A DNA stretch of 64,000 nt from assembly GCF_001194135.2 (NCBI RefSeq), contig NC_068983.1:53775666-53839665 (forward strand), given 5' to 3'. Below the pieces are notes generated by a model. The model searched no databases. It was not told the origin of the DNA and saw only the letters and a program-made list of their open reading frames with translations. Shown here in pieces: positions 48,575 through 62,879 of the stretch (the stretch's first letter is position 1; each line of letters starts with the position of its first letter). The translations under genes were made by a program, and so were the position numbers. Source of the stretch: Octopus bimaculoides. Taxonomy: Eukaryota.

Positions 48575-49140
48575 GGCGGTGAGCTGGCAGAAACGTTAGC
48601 ACACCGGGCGAAATGCTAAGTACCACCGAAGTCGACTTTGCCTTCCATCCTTTCGGGATTGATAAATTAAGTACCAGTTGCGTCCTAAGGTCGATCTAAT
48701 CGACTGGCCCCCTCCCCAAAAATTTCGGGACTTTTACTGAAAGGAGAGAAGAATCGTTAGCATGCCGGGCGAAATGCGTAGTGGTATTTCGTCTGCCGCT
48801 ACGTTCTGAGTTCAACTTCCACCGAGGTCAACTTTGCCTTTCATCCTTTCGGGGTCGATAAATTAAGTACCAGTTGCGTCGATCTAATCAACTGGCCTAA
48901 AAATTTCGGGCCTTGTGCCTCCAGGGCGGCGAGCTGGCAGAGTCGTTAGCACGCCGGGCGAAATGCTTAGTGGTGTTTCGTCAGTCACTACGTTGAGTTC
49001 AAATTCCGCCGAGGTTGACTTTGCCTTTCATCCTTTCAGGGGTCGATGAAATAAGTACCAGTTACACACTGGAGTCGATGTAATCGACCAGCCGCCCCCT
49101 TTCCTCAAAAATTTTCAAGGTCTTGTGCCTAGAGTACAAA
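48575..49140 (+). mobile_element. Head-to-tail cluster of three to four SINE family A copies
   Basis: Repeated gttagcac(a/g)ccgggcgaaatgc head and core. Confidence 0.85.
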
Positions 49141-50641
49141 TAATTATTATTGCTACATATCTTAATTGACCTAGAAAGAAATGAAAGGCAAAGACGACCG
49201 ACTCCAGTGGGATTTGAACCCTGAATGTGAAGAGGACGAATGTCCCAAAACTTCATGAAACATTTAGTGCGAGAGCTTGAACGGTTCTGTATACTCACCT
49301 TCGATCTTTTCGTTCTTCTCACTGGCGGTGATGCGCTTCGATAACACTGTCCGACATACCTACAACAACAACAATAAGTACTTCTACTAGTAGTCGTAGT
49401 CGTCGTCGTCGTAGTAGTAATAGTAGTAGTAACAGCTCCGCGACGATCTAGAGCTACTCCCTACTATAGACGATAACCATAACTACAATCCCATCCACCA
49501 CCGGCTCCAGCCACTATCCTATCTTTAAATTGAATGAGAGAGAGAGAGAGAGATGAGTGGGGGGGAGAAAATGAGATAGGACGAGAAAGGAGAGGTGAGA
49601 CTTGCAGGACAAACAGGTAATTTTAGTGTGGACTGAAAATAACTCCTATCTATTATAAACAAATAAATCTATCTATCTATCTGTCTGTTTGTCTACCTAT
49701 TCGTGTCTTTTTTTGTCCATCCTACCGACCGTCCGTCTGTTTGTCTGTCTATCCATCCACCCATCTATCTATCTATCTATCTGTCTGTCTATCTATCTAT
49801 CTATCTATCTCTCTATCTGTCTGTCTGTCTGTCTGTCTATCTACCTATCTGTCTATCCATCTATCTATCTATCTATCTGTCTGTCTATCTATCTGTCTGT
49901 CTATCTCTGTCTGTCTGTCTGTATGGTGTTGTGACATTTCTGAGATGAAACAACTCACCTCTTATCAAATAAATAAACATTCATGAAAGTGTACTGCGGA
50001 GACGTGAAACGTTCAAGCTTATACGGTCAAGAAAGAAAGAAAGAAAACGGGGAGTCAGGTGGGAAGAAGGGATGGCGGAGATGTAAAGCTCGTGAATGCT
50101 CAAAACAAGACAGGGTTTGGTTTTTGAATCTCGTTATTCCGGATTCGATCCACTTTCTTAACCTTTGCTTGCCCAATATTTTGTGAGTGTTATTTAGTCA
50201 GCAGAATCTACGAGAAAGCACGACGCATGGTATGAGTTCTTTCTCTCTTTTTAATTTAGAGTCAATTTTAACCAGCCTCCTGCTTCGTAGTAAACTTGTG
50301 AAGGAAAGTATCTTGCTTTATTCATCATCAGATTTTATTGTCTACATATTGTGATTTTTTTTGTAATTTCGTCGCCCTTTCAAAGCCTAGCCAGGCTCAT
50401 GGGCCCGGTTTCCCGGTTTCTATGGCGTATGTGTTTCCCCCCAGTCCATCGCAGCGTCACTCAAGAAACAGGAAGAAAGAGTGAGAGAAAGTTGGGGCGA
50501 AAGAGTACAACAGGGGTCGCCACCACCCCCTGCCGGGGCTTAGGTGTTTTCGCTCAATAAACACTCACAACGCCCGGTCTGGGAATCGAAACCGCGAGTC
50601 CGCTGCCCTAACCACTGGGCCATTACGCCTCCACATACTCA

Positions 50642-50674
<33 letters not shown>

Positions 50675-50719
50675 TTATGTATTCATGTATGTATGTATGT
50701 ATGCATGCATGTATGTCAT

Positions 50720-51620
50720 TATTCAGTTTTATTTCAAGATTTCTTACCAATAGAGAAAGAATCAGTTTCTAACCTAGATCCAAGGTTCCTTCATTGGAAT
50801 TTCAACATCAATGTGCAGATTTGTATGTCTTATGTCTATTGTCATGCATTTAGTTGCATATCTAGACATGCTTATTTATATTTAAATGTAAACTTCTGGA
50901 TAGTTTTACAGATATTTTTACAGTTCTAGTGATGGCTTAGATATGTATCCTTCGAATTAGCTTTCTCCTTTCGGGTTTTGAGAAGCCTAATTTCTCAATA
51001 TCGGTATTTAGGCAGTGTGTTACGTATTCCAGGGCCCCAATAATTACAGGTATAAATCTGAACTTGTAATCTGGATAGAGTAACTGCAGATTTCTCGATA
51101 GTTCAGTGTAGGTATTCTTTTTCACTAATCTTCAGCTTTATGCTAACATCCACTGGGCAGCTAATTTCCACAACTGTACAGTTTCTCTTCTCTATCCCAA
51201 ATCATTATATCAGGTCTGTTGTGCTTACATTTTATTGGGGTCTTCATTGGGACATTCCACCAGTACTCCCTTTTATTATGAGTAACTATGGCTTCTGCCA
51301 CGCTATGGGTTCTTATTTCTTTGTTCTTGAGGTTATCCTTCCAACGGATTTCATTATAGAGTGTTCTAGCTACATCATGTCTCTTCGGTAGATAATACCG
51401 TGATGACATTTTCGAACAACTGCTTATGGTGTGGGTAATATCTTCGGTGTTAACTCCGCAAAGTCTGCATCGGTTGTCACATTTTACTGCTTTTCCTGCA
51501 TCTCTGTCCCTTTTGTGCATCAGGTACTTGGTTGATATTTCCTGTTCCTGGATTGCAAACGCATACTCTTCAAAGTGGGAGGTTGTAATCCGGCTATTGG
51601 TCCATGATAGACTGCTTTCA
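50720..51620 (-). mobile_element. R4/Dong-like non-LTR retrotransposon 3' part (CCHC knuckle plus REL endonuclease)
   Basis: CRLCGVNTEDITHTISSC..YYLPKRHDVAR..WWNVP..KHNRPDIMIWDRE..RNLQLLYPDYKFRFIPVIIGALE; ends on a (CATA)n tract. Confidence 0.9.
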
Positions 51621-51685
51621 TGATTAATGTTACTATCACGAGCTATTCTTATAATGTAACGGTTCTAATGGCAATACATCAAAGT

Positions 51686-52193
51686 CAGGGCCAGCCCAAG
51701 GTACCGGCAACTCGGGCAGTCGCCCGGTGCGCCATGTGGTTTTTATTCTTTTATCCTTTTATTTGTTTCAATCATTTGACTGCGGCCATGCTGAAGCACC
51801 GCCTCTAGTCGAACGAATCGCCCCCAGGACTCATCCTTTGTAAGCCTAGTACTTATTCTATCGGTCTCTTTGGCCGAACCGCTAAGTAAGGGGACGTAAA
51901 CACCAGCATCGGTTGTCAAGCAATGGTGGGGAGACAAACATATACACACATATATATATACACGATGGCCTTCTTTCAGTTTCCGTCTACCAAATCCACT
52001 CACAAGGCTTTGGTCGGCCCGAGGCTATAGTTGAAGACACTTGCCCAAGTTGCCACGCAGTGGGACTGAACCCGGCATTATGTGGTTGGTACATTTTCAG
52101 TTTTTCTCTTTGTGGAAGTTCTAAAAAAATATTCTTGTAAAGGCTCCGAAGTACAGCTTGCCTGGGGCACTTGCAACCCTAGGGACGGCTCTG
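51686..52193. mobile_element. hAT-type MITE with a nested SINE B
   Basis: CAGGGCCAGCCC...GGGACGGCTCTG termini; 8-bp flanks atcaaagt and gccaaagt. Confidence 0.65.
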
Positions 52194-53380
52194 GCCAAAG
52201 TGCGCTGGACACTTAATTTTTAAATTCCTATCTCATAACTCGTTTGTCGCATAGACTCTCTTCAATACGTTTCCAGCAATATTTCTTGCTTTGTGGGACT
52301 CGTCGACGTTAATGGTCTTCCAGAATGCCTTCCAAACTCTAATTTGTTCCATCTGCTTCAGACTTATCTCTAATTCGAGTGATGGTATGTCGCGTAGGTG
52401 AATCTGTTTGAAACCCACTTCTAAACTGTCTTTGCGAATTTTGACTGTTTTCAAATTTCCAGTTGCACTTTAAGGTAAACTTCTTTTGTTCAAAGCTTCA
52501 TCTGTCTCCCTTTATTATTTCTAACGGCTTAAATCTAAAAGATGAAAAGAAAATTGAGTTATTTGCTATTAAAATATGTATACATTTTTGGGACACCCAG
52601 TACACACGCTCACGCGCACACACAAAATATGTTTTTGTGTGCGCGTTTATTCTTCGTCAGCTTAACTGGCGAGGGATGGACATTATTTTATACCTGCGAA
52701 TGGTATGAATATCATTAAAAAAGAAAGAAGCAAAAATATCAATAAGTAAATAACTATTATGAAAATATTGCTATAGTAATTGAGTTCACTGACTCATATT
52801 CCAGGCACTCCTTTGTCACATTTATCGCTTTGATGTAAGGCTGGCTGTGACCTTGTAATACAACAATACTGTTGCTCACTGAGCCTAATATATTTCGTTT
52901 TGTATTTAATTTGCCAAATTCTTGAAGTGAACTCGTGTCAATACACTTGTTTGTTGACTCGTGTAATTTATCTTATTTCAAAGAAATAAAATATCAAGAA
53001 TGCCGAGGACATTGACATTCTCAGCTTCGAGAACTTACCACCGCAACACCACTGTCAAACAGAATTGAGACACTGGGAAACATGAGTGTCTCTTCGGCAA
53101 GATCGCCTGACCAGTGATCTCTTATTTGTTTCTGTCACTGAATGCAGCAACACTGGGCGGGGTTTAGTCGAACAAATTCGCCATGATACTTATATGAATA
53201 TATTTTTTATGGGTGCGTATTTAAGACATTTGCTTTGGAATCTTGTGGTTTGGAGTTCAAGGGACCTTAAGCAAACATCTACTTTAGCCTCGGGGCGATC
53301 AATGCCTTGTAAGTGAATATGGTAGACGGAAGATTTGGTAGATTAAAACTGTGTCACGTGTGTGCGTGTGCGTGCGTGCG

Positions 53381-53717
53381 TATTTATCCTTCGCCGATTA
53401 AAAGAGTATTCGCTAAGAAAACCGATGGACGGTAATTTACGAACAAAGTTCGTTGATTCGTGTTCCATGCACTCTTCTCCCACACGCCGTTTTGATACAA
53501 GCTGAGCCAGTGACTGGTTCGCTGTGAACTTGTAAAACGACACTGTTGATCAAAAGGCACGTCATATTTTATTGCAAAGAAATGAAATATCAGGAACGTT
53601 GAGGACATTGACATTCTCAGCTTCGGGGACTTACCGCTGTTGTCCAACAGTTTTGAAACACGGGGTAACATGGGTGTTTCTACACCAAGATCGCTTGACC
53701 TGCTAGAAATAGAAACT
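53381..53717. repeat. Local duplication, copy 1 (copy 2 at 56279-56618; diverged partial copy at about 52985-53112)
   Basis: By eye the core is identical between the copies apart from one indel. Confidence 0.9.
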
Positions 53718-54447
53718 AAATCTAAATGTATTCAGAAGCAAACGTTACTGTCTTAAAGCTGGAAAGGATACATTCCATTTTGTAGTTCTACATACACTTT
53801 ATCTATTTTATTTTTTATCTTTTACATGTTTCAGCCACTGGACTGTGGCCATGCTGGGGCACTGCTTTGATGTTTTACTCGAATAAATCGACTATAATAC
53901 TTGTATTTTTGTTTTTAAGTCTTGCATTCCATTCTATCGGTCTTGCTTCTGCCGAAACTTTAAGTCACTTACGAGGAAATGCAATTTTGCATAAACCCCA
54001 CTATTTCACTGCTACTTTATTTTATCTACTCCGAAAGGATGAAAACCAAAGTGGAGCTCGGCGGAATATTGATATCAGAACGTTAAGAGCCGGAAGAAAT
54101 GTTGCCGAGTATTTTGTCCGATATACTAACGATTCTCCGAACGCGCTGCCTTAAGGAACGGAGAAGAGCGATTTCTCAGCTTGGCACAAGGGAATAAATT
54201 ATGTGAGATAGTTCATACCGTGGATTTAAAGAGGCCTCAGTGTATGACTGGTATAATTTAGTATAGTAGTTCTCAACCATCTATTTTTTTTTTTGACCTA
54301 TCGACCCTTTTGATTATGATTTTATTTGGAGGGACCCTCTTAGCCATTTAATATTTAAAAACTAGTTTTATAGGCTCTTCTGTCAAAATCCCTGTTTTGT
54401 TTTTCACACGTTCATTTGAGTAGGTCTGTAATAATCTGTCCGAGAGA

Positions 54448-55227
54448 CAGGCTGTCTTAGTAGCATTATAGATCCCCGGGCAAACCAATGCACTGGGCTC
54501 TACACAGCTCCGTCGCGTGACTTTTAGAGGTCCCCTGCAACTTTTTGTTTCGAGGCCTCATCCATTCAATCAAAATTCATGATCTACGCACCTTTTATTC
54601 ATAGCTATATTTTACTTTATTCTATCTGAAGCTCAATATTTCACGTTATCCTAAAGAACATCTTTAAAAGTACGACAAGTTAAACTTATTTAGGTCTATT
54701 ACAAATTTCAATAAGTAAAACTTCCAGATATGAATAAAAGAGCATTTTTATAATCCAGGCAACTTTCAGAGACAAACACGGCGCACTTTTCGCTACGCCA
54801 AATCATCGATCAGTTGAGAATAATCAGGCCGAGAACTAAGTTCGTGTTCAATAAATGTCATAGACAATCCACAAAGTCTGGTACACTTTTGTGGTACAAT
54901 GTAATATTTTTGCAAGAACTTTTCAGGGTACAACGTATTATCGTTTTATTTCTTGAAAATTACAGTTAACATAGTTTAATTTTTGTTCATCTTAACCAAA
55001 GTAAATAGATGACTCATCTACGTACTTTGATCTTAACATGGGGCCCCTCAACCGCGGAGCCCCTCACCCCGCGACCGCAGGAACTGTAGGGGCTTAGCGA
55101 TGGCCCTAGCCCTACAGTATTTATTTACTGACAGTAATCCATAACATAAATAGTACAGACTTGGGCCCCTTAGCCTGTAAGGTTCCTGGACAACTGCCCA
55201 GCGTGTCCACGTCTTAAGACGGCACTG
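54448..55227. mobile_element. hAT-type MITE nested in another MITE (about 54266-55583)
   Basis: CAGGCTGTCTTAG...CTTAAGACGGCACTG termini; 8-bp flanks ccgagaga and atgagaga. The outer element has tagttctcaacc and ggttgaaaactac ends. Confidence 0.65.
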
Positions 55228-56278
55228 ATGAGAGAAAATGTTTCAGTGGACCGAAACATGCTGAACTGCATAAAACGCTCAAGAAAGAAACCTCGTTGTT
55301 TCTTACAATAAATACATCTAAAGTAAAAAATTTTCATGGATCCTTTAAATACTTTCGTGGATCCCCTGTTAACTATTTTGCTTGCGTGAAACCTCTATTT
55401 ATTGTGGACCCCCAAAATCTTATATAGACCACCTCAGGGGCCCAGCTAAGCCCATGCAGTTCCTGCAGTCGCAGGAAGGAGATGGGGTGCTCCGCGGTTG
55501 AAGGGCCCCATGTTAAGATCAAAGTACATAGATATGTCATCTATTTACTTTGCTAAGACCTCCGGGACATTGGTTGAAAACTACGGCTTTGATTGATCCC
55601 AGAAAGATAAAGTATAATGTAGGAGCACTACGTCGGTTACGACGACGAGGGTCCCAGCTGATACGACCAGCGGAACAGCCTGCTCATGAAATTAACGTGC
55701 AAGTGACTGAGCACTCTACAGACACGTGTACCCCTAACGTAGTTCTCAGGGAGACTCAGCGTGACACATAGCGTGACAAGGCCGGCCATTTGAAATACAG
55801 GTACTACTCACTTTTGCCAGCTGAGTGGAATGAAGCAACGTGAAATAAAGTGTCTTGCTCAAGGACACAACGCGTCGATGGGAATCGAACTCACGACATT
55901 ACGACCGTGAGCCGAATGCCCTAACCTCTAAGCCACGCGCCCTCACAAAGTATAATGTAGACCATGGCGTAATTTGAATTCACAAGTAACCATATGCGTG
56001 ATATGGTTGTGTGTTTAAGACGTTTGTTTTGGGATCCTGTGGTTTGGAGTTCAGTCCCAAACTGCAAGGGACTCTAGGCAAATATCTTGGACTGCAGCTT
56101 CAGGGCTTCCAATGCCTCGAGAGTGAATTTGGAGACGGAAGATTTGTGTAAAATCGCGTCACGTCCACACACGCGCGTGTGCGGTCGTGCATGCTTATGT
56201 GTGGGGGTAGGGTGTAAGGGTGGGAGTGTATGTGCTTGCGTGCGTGCTTACCTATGTGTGTGTGCGTACGTGCGCGTG

Positions 56279-56618
56279 TATTTATCCTTCGCCGATTACA
56301 TAGCGGGAAAGTATTCGCTGAGAAAAGTATTCGGTGAGAAAGGACGGCGCTTTACGAACAAAGTTCGTTGATTCGTGTTCCATGCACTCTTCTCCCACAC
56401 GCCGTTTTGATACAAGCTGAGCCAGTGACTGGTTCGCTGGGAACTGTTGATCAAAAGGCACGTCATATTTTATTGCAAAGAAATGAAATATCAGGAACGT
56501 TGAGGACATTGACATTCTCAGCTTCGGGGACTTACCGCTGTTGTCCAACAGTTTTGAAACACGGGGTAACATGGGTGTTTCTACACCAAGATCGCTTGAC
56601 CTGCTAGAAATAGAAACT
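56279..56618. repeat. Local duplication, copy 2
   Basis: See 53381-53717. Confidence 0.9.
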
Positions 56619-56777
56619 GAATCTATTCTAAACCAAACCTTACTGTCTTAAAACTAGGAAGGACACATGCCAATTTGTAGATCTAGATACACTTTATTAC
56701 TGGACTGTAGCTACGCTGAAGCATCGTTTTGAAAAATTTAAGTCGAATAAATTAACCCCCAATTGTCAAGTGCAGGT

Positions 56778-56825
<48 letters not shown>

Positions 56826-58064
56826 TACATATACGACAGCTTTCTACAGTTTTCATCAACAAAATACACTGGCAAAGTATTTGTTGACCCGTGGCTACAG
56901 CAGCAGAAGAAATTTGCCCATGGTGCCGCGTAATGCCACTAAACCAGAAAACTCATGGTTGTAAAGCGTACTTCTTCACCATAGGAAAATACATTAGTTT
57001 CAAATTTTAGCACAAGGCCAGCAATTTCGGGGGAAGGGGTATGTCGGTTACATCAATCCCAATACTCAACTGATACTGGGATTGATGTAACTGGGATTGA
57101 TTTATCGATCCCGGAAGGATGAAAAGGAAAGTGACCCCAGAACGTAAAAACGGATGAAATGCCACTAAGCAAGCATTTTGTCCGACGCGGTAACGCTTCC
57201 GTCAGTTCGGCTCCTTAATAATCCTGAGATAGGCACAAAACCTGAAATTTTAGGGGAGGGGGTAAGTCGATTATGTCGACCCCAATGTTCAACTGTTAGT
57301 TATTTCATCAACTTCGAAAGGATGAAAGGCGAAGTCGACCTCAGCGGTATTTGAACTCAAGAACGTAAAGATAGACGAAATGCCGCCAAGCATTTTGCCG
57401 GCGTGCTAACGATTCTGCCAGCTCACTGCCTTACTATGGGAAAATATATCTTAAAAACAAATCGAACAATCATCAGAGATCTTATTGAAACCCATGTTAT
57501 TGTCTGAATAACTGACGTTCATCATTCGCTTATAACAACAATAGCAACAACAGGAGCAACTATTACTAGTTTTAATCGGATATGAATGGTCCTCGCCCCT
57601 TTTAGAATTCATAATTCAGTCCCTTAACAAACAGTTTACAAACAGTAGATTGCCAATCCTTTAAGCTTTAAATAATAAATATTAGGTATATAGTTACAAT
57701 ATATAGAAATATTAATTATAAGTACCATCCCAATGGCAACTGCAAACAAATAACCTAGGTTTTCTTATAATGCACTGGCTGGTCCAAGTTTAAACACGAG
57801 TAACCTACTTTCTAACTCAAACAGATCAATTGTATTGGGTTAATAAATATTACATAATGTCATTTATTTGAACGGAAGATAATAAAAAGAAAGTCTTAGT
57901 TCAGAAAATTTTCTCGTACCACTTCTTAACTCTTTCTGTCAACTCATTTCAATCTAAATGAGTTTTTTCAACCAGTTTTTACTTATAGACCCCTTTGGTT
58001 ACTATTTAATTCTAGTGATACTCCATAGCCATTCGATTTTTAAAAGCTAATTTTATAGATTTTG

Positions 58065-58446
58065 TTGGCACTCCGTCGCTTACGACGTCGTGGGTTCCAG
58101 TTGATCCAATCAACGGAACAGCCTGCTCGTGAAATTAAAGTGCAAGTGGCTGAGCACTCCACAGACACGTGTACCCTTAACGTAGTTCTCGGGGATATTC
58201 AGCGTGACACAGAGTGTGACAAAGCTGATCCTTTGAATTACAGGCACAACAGAAACAGGAAGTAAGAGTGAGAGAAAGTTGTGGTGAAAGAGTACAGCAG
58301 GGTTCACCACCATCCCCTGCCGGAGCCGCGTGGAGCTTTAGGTGTTTTCGCTCAATAAACACTCACAACGCCCGGTCTGGGAATCGAAACCGCGATCCTA
58401 TGACCGCGAATCCGCTGCCCTAACCACTGGGCCATTGCGCCTCCAC
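58065..58446 (-). mobile_element. Full-length tRNA-headed SINE family C, inserted in a hAT-like MITE
   Basis: Minus-strand head gtggaggcgcaatggcccagtggttagggcagcggattcgcgg...ggtttcgattccc (A and B boxes). Confidence 0.9.
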
Positions 58447-59805
58447 TGATTTTATATATATACTTGTTTCAAAATTCTTATTTTACTTTCCGCACTTTAA
58501 CTTTTAAGTTGAACTATATAAAATATTCGAGAAAAGAAATCTAGCTGTTTCTTACAATAAATACAACTAAAACAAGTTTTTCAGGGATGCTTGCGTCCCC
58601 CGTCCCCCACTTCCAAAAAAATTCTTATATGGACTTCGGTTGAAAACTACTGATCTAAATCAAATGTGTTTGAAACCATTTCTCTTTGTAACTCTTTACT
58701 GGGTGGTTTAAGTCTGTTTTTTTTTTAGAATATTTTTTCTTTAACTCACTCACAATAAGGTGCTGTGACATAGTGGCGTCTCCTTCAGGAGGAATATTGT
58801 GATCTCAGTTATTTATATGTCATAGAACCTGAGTAACCGGCCCTATAAGTCCTAGGACTCGAGCCAGTAATCTCCAGTGGTTGTTGATGATGATGAATAT
58901 AAGATGGAAGATTTTGAATGAATATTAACTCTCACAATAATGTTATTCATTTTAATGTACAAATGATTTGAGATTATAGAATTTTATAGAAGGGATAGTC
59001 AGGTGATTATAAGAAATTGTATGAAGGTATTTTGTGTTCACACTTTGCCGATTGTGGTTCACGTACAAAAATTCTGCTCAAGATTTTTGATCAAGTAGAA
59101 TATTCCTCTTGTTCTTGTATGATTTGTTGAAATGATATATTTTTCTCATTGCTTCATATTGATCTACCTGCGAGTTTTGCTAAATCTTGTCAAGACAGAC
59201 ATTAGCATGGACGCTACAAACGTCCCCATCATTTTCATTCCTTTTCTTGGTAGTCAGGCTGTCTGCGGACTGGTCAGACATATCAAGAACAAGCCGACAG
59301 GAAGTTTCCACGGACACAAGTTAGTTTGATATGAATGACACTAAAATATATGCGATCTGGAATAAAATTATTTGTTTGGGCAATTTTCCTTTCTTTCATC
59401 CATAGAAATACAATTTTAATCTTAGCTTTGCTTTATCGATTCCAGAGATCCATGTTTTGATCGAACTTCACACGAATGATCTCCCCGCAAATAATTTGTA
59501 TTGCTTGATAGACAAAGATCTAAATAACTGGTGTAAAGCCTACAATTGTAAAATTGTGAATCTGAAGCGTATGCAGTTAATCTTTCAACAAAAAACAGAA
59601 TATCTGCAATGAGATTTATAGGTTGCAAACTGTTTACACCAGTAACAAATATATCGCAGCTTTTATCTTATGTTCATTTATCATGAATGCGTTCCTTTAG
59701 ACGAGAACAGCAACCACGAAATTTGAAACAAATTATGGTTTATTTCACTTTAAAACATGGAGGAAATGGTTTTAGGGGAATGAATCACTATTTGTTTTAA
59801 TGTAT

Positions 59806-60915
59806 ACTAGCAAGCGCACCCGTCCTTTGGACAGTTTAAGTTGCTTTGATGGTATTTTTTTTCACCAAATAATTGAACTACTGAGAAGGTTTATGAGTAG
59901 CACGGCAGTCTATATTTCCGAGTAACCTAGGAGCGGANNNNNNNNNNNNNNNNNNNNNNNNNNNNNNNNNNNNNNNNNNNNNNNNNNNNNNNNNNNNNNN
60001 NNNNNNNNNNNNNNNNNNNNNNNNNNNATAGTTGCTTTTCTCGAAAGCGAAATTTCTTGTCAGAAACAGCCACATAAAATGGTGTAACGAAATTGAAAGA
60101 AGATGGTGAAATTTCCCCTTTGCGATTTTATTTTTTTCCCGACAGCATAGGGAGTTATTCTTTCTTCCCTCATAGCCTGCGCATAAACTGCATAAAGTTA
60201 AATTGGTATGGGGCTTTCTGAAAGATACGTACAGCTTTCGCAAGTGGAAGCAAAACTCTTATTTAAAGATTGATTCTTTGAGACGAATTATATGTGATTG
60301 TTTAAAAAAGAAGCCAGAACCGACAATGGAAGCTAGAACGAAAGGCTAGAACGACAATGGACAACAGTTAAAATATCATAATGGATGGGTAAATAAGCAT
60401 CCTCAAAGTGAAACAAAGCATTCGTAGGTAAACAAAGGTATCAACAAATAGAAGAGAAGGAAGAGAACACCGTTTAAGTAACTCAGAATAGGTTAATTTA
60501 AGCTTGCCAGTTTAATGCAGTTTAAATATGGAGATTAAGATTGTTTGGTATTGGATATTCATCGCATACAGTGTTCCTAGTCAATTTAATCACTGTGGCA
60601 GGTGGACAGTCGAAATAAATAAATAGACAAAATCCTTTCACTTTTATAAAAAGATCGAAAAAATATGGAAGACCCTGCATACAAAACAAACTATGTCCAT
60701 TTAAGTCCATTTATGCGGGAGCTCTGGGCAAATTGTTTAGTGCATGAACATCCTTGGGACATAAGTATTGTGCGTGTAAAATTTGGTGAAAATCGGTTGA
60801 GAATTGTAGAAGTGTATGCGTTCAGTGTTCTTAGTTAATTTAATCACCGCACCGTCGCTGGTGGACAGTGGAAATAAATAAATATACAAAATCCTTTCAC
60901 TTTTATAAAACGAAT
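59806..60915 (+). mobile_element. Non-autonomous Helitron/DINE-like element (tentative)
   Basis: Starts tactagcaagcgcacccgtcc; contains aaatttggtgaaaatcggttgag; ends in two tandem copies of ...ggtggacagt.gaaataaataaata..caaaatcctttcacttttataaaa. A similar start, actagctgaaatacccggcattgc, lies at about 9568. Confidence 0.4.
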
Positions 60916-61037
60916 TCATCTACAAGGTATTGGTTGGGCCTGAACTGTAGGAGAAGACTATTTCCAAAGATACCGTGCAATATGGAACTGAGCCCAAAAC
61001 CACGTGGCTGCAAAGCTAGCTTACACAAACACACAGA

Positions 61038-61102
<65 letters not shown>

Positions 61103-62879
61103 ATGTATGCATACATGCCTGTATGTATGCATGTATGCATGCGTGCATGTATAAATGTATGCATGCATGCACGTATGTATGCATGTGTATATATATGCAT
61201 GTATATATATGTATGTATGTATGTATTTATTTATGTATGTATGTATGTATGTATGTATGTATGTATGTTTGTTTGTATGTATGTATGTATGTATGTATGT
61301 ATGTATGTATTTGAACTGTCCTAAATGAGATTGATAGTGAAAGGGTGTTTCAATAATTTCTCCACACATTTCGTGTTGTGTAAAATTCTCAAACAAAACG
61401 TTTTTCATCCGAACTAATTATCTTCGTGCGGATATTTCATTGGTTAATATAATTTCTTAAGTTCGTGACAAGAACTTAAGAAAGACAAATACGTAGGATA
61501 AACAAGGGTTGTTTGTGAGCTAAAAGCAAATGCGACCAGAGATTTGAATTAAGTTATATTAGTCGAGGGTGTACAATATATATATTAACGAATTTCTAAA
61601 TCCCGAAACTTGAAACTAAATATTTGGAGTAAGATAAGTTAAATATGGAAGTTAAATATAAAGTAGTTCAAAAGAGAATATGGAACATGTCAGGTGTCTT
61701 TCTTTCTAAAGCTCCATTATTTTAAATTTCTCTGGGGGAACCTGTCAGCTTAGTTGTTAATTTCGGGTTATTTGCCTAAGATATATACTTTTTTAATGGG
61801 TCTTTCAATTTAATTAGGATTAAGAGATAGTAGCAGATAAATAGAGTTAATGTTTGACATAGTATTTTCGTAAAGTCCAAGTGTGTTATAGAAACATGAC
61901 AACATTTGTATGTTTTAGTAATATTTACCCTTATACTGCTAAATGATACATAAGGAGTTATTGTATTAAACTTTGTTGCGAGAATTCTTTTTTGCCTCTG
62001 TATCGTATTAATGACTGGGAAGGTGGTGAGCTCACAGAATTGTTAGCATGTCAGGATCGATAAAGTAAGTACCAGTTGAGCACTGGAATCGATGTACTGT
62101 CCAGCACTCTGTCTCAAACTTTGAGGTGTTGTGCTTATAATAGAAAGGATTACACTGTCTATTAATAGATAAATGATTCTGGAGACACAGTGACATATTT
62201 ATTATCTTATATATCTTATCTGATCATTTATTTATTTTAGTTTTATTTTGTTCTCTTTGATTCAGCCTATTTCGTGACCAATTTGGATTTGTAGTTTATC
62301 GTGTATTTGTCCTTTGCATATAATTTGATATGCTAATGAAATGTTTAGAACATCTTCAACGAGGAGTGTGTTTTACGTGAAATAAAGATTCATTCAACAA
62401 ATTGATTAATGCATAGGGCTGAAGAGTCAATATTTTCCACTTTCCTGGAATAATTTTTTTTATGCGCCCTTTTAAAGCCTAGCTAGGCTCATGGGCCCGG
62501 GGTCTATGGCGTATTTGTTCCCCCCACCCCCCAGCTGGACGGGACACCAGTCCATCACAGCGTTACTCAAGAAACAGGAAGAAAGAGTGAGAGAAATTTG
62601 GGGCGAAAGAGTACAACAGAGGNNNNNNNNNNNNNNNNNNNNNNNNNNNNNNNNNNNNNNNNNNNNNNNNNNNNNNNNNNNNNNNNNNNNNNNNNNNNNN
62701 NNNNNNNNNNNNNNNNNNNNNNNNNNNNNNNNNNNNNNTGGAGCTTTAGGTGTTTTCGCTCAATAAACACACAACGCCCGGTCTGGGAATCGAAACCGCA
62801 ATCCTCCGACCGTGAGACCGCTGCCGTAACCACTGGGCCATTGCGCCTCCACTTCCTGGAATAATACTAATTTAATATT

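Noticed and set aside
55224-55258. CTGATGAG...CGAAAC hammerhead-like string
   Set aside because: CTGATGA is created by the junction of a hAT terminus (…GCACTG) and its target repeat (ATGAGAGA); helix II does not form.
62330-62372. ctaatga-a-atgtt(tag)aacat-cttcaacg as a hammerhead remnant
   Set aside because: Both halves of the core are altered, so it is too degenerate to support.
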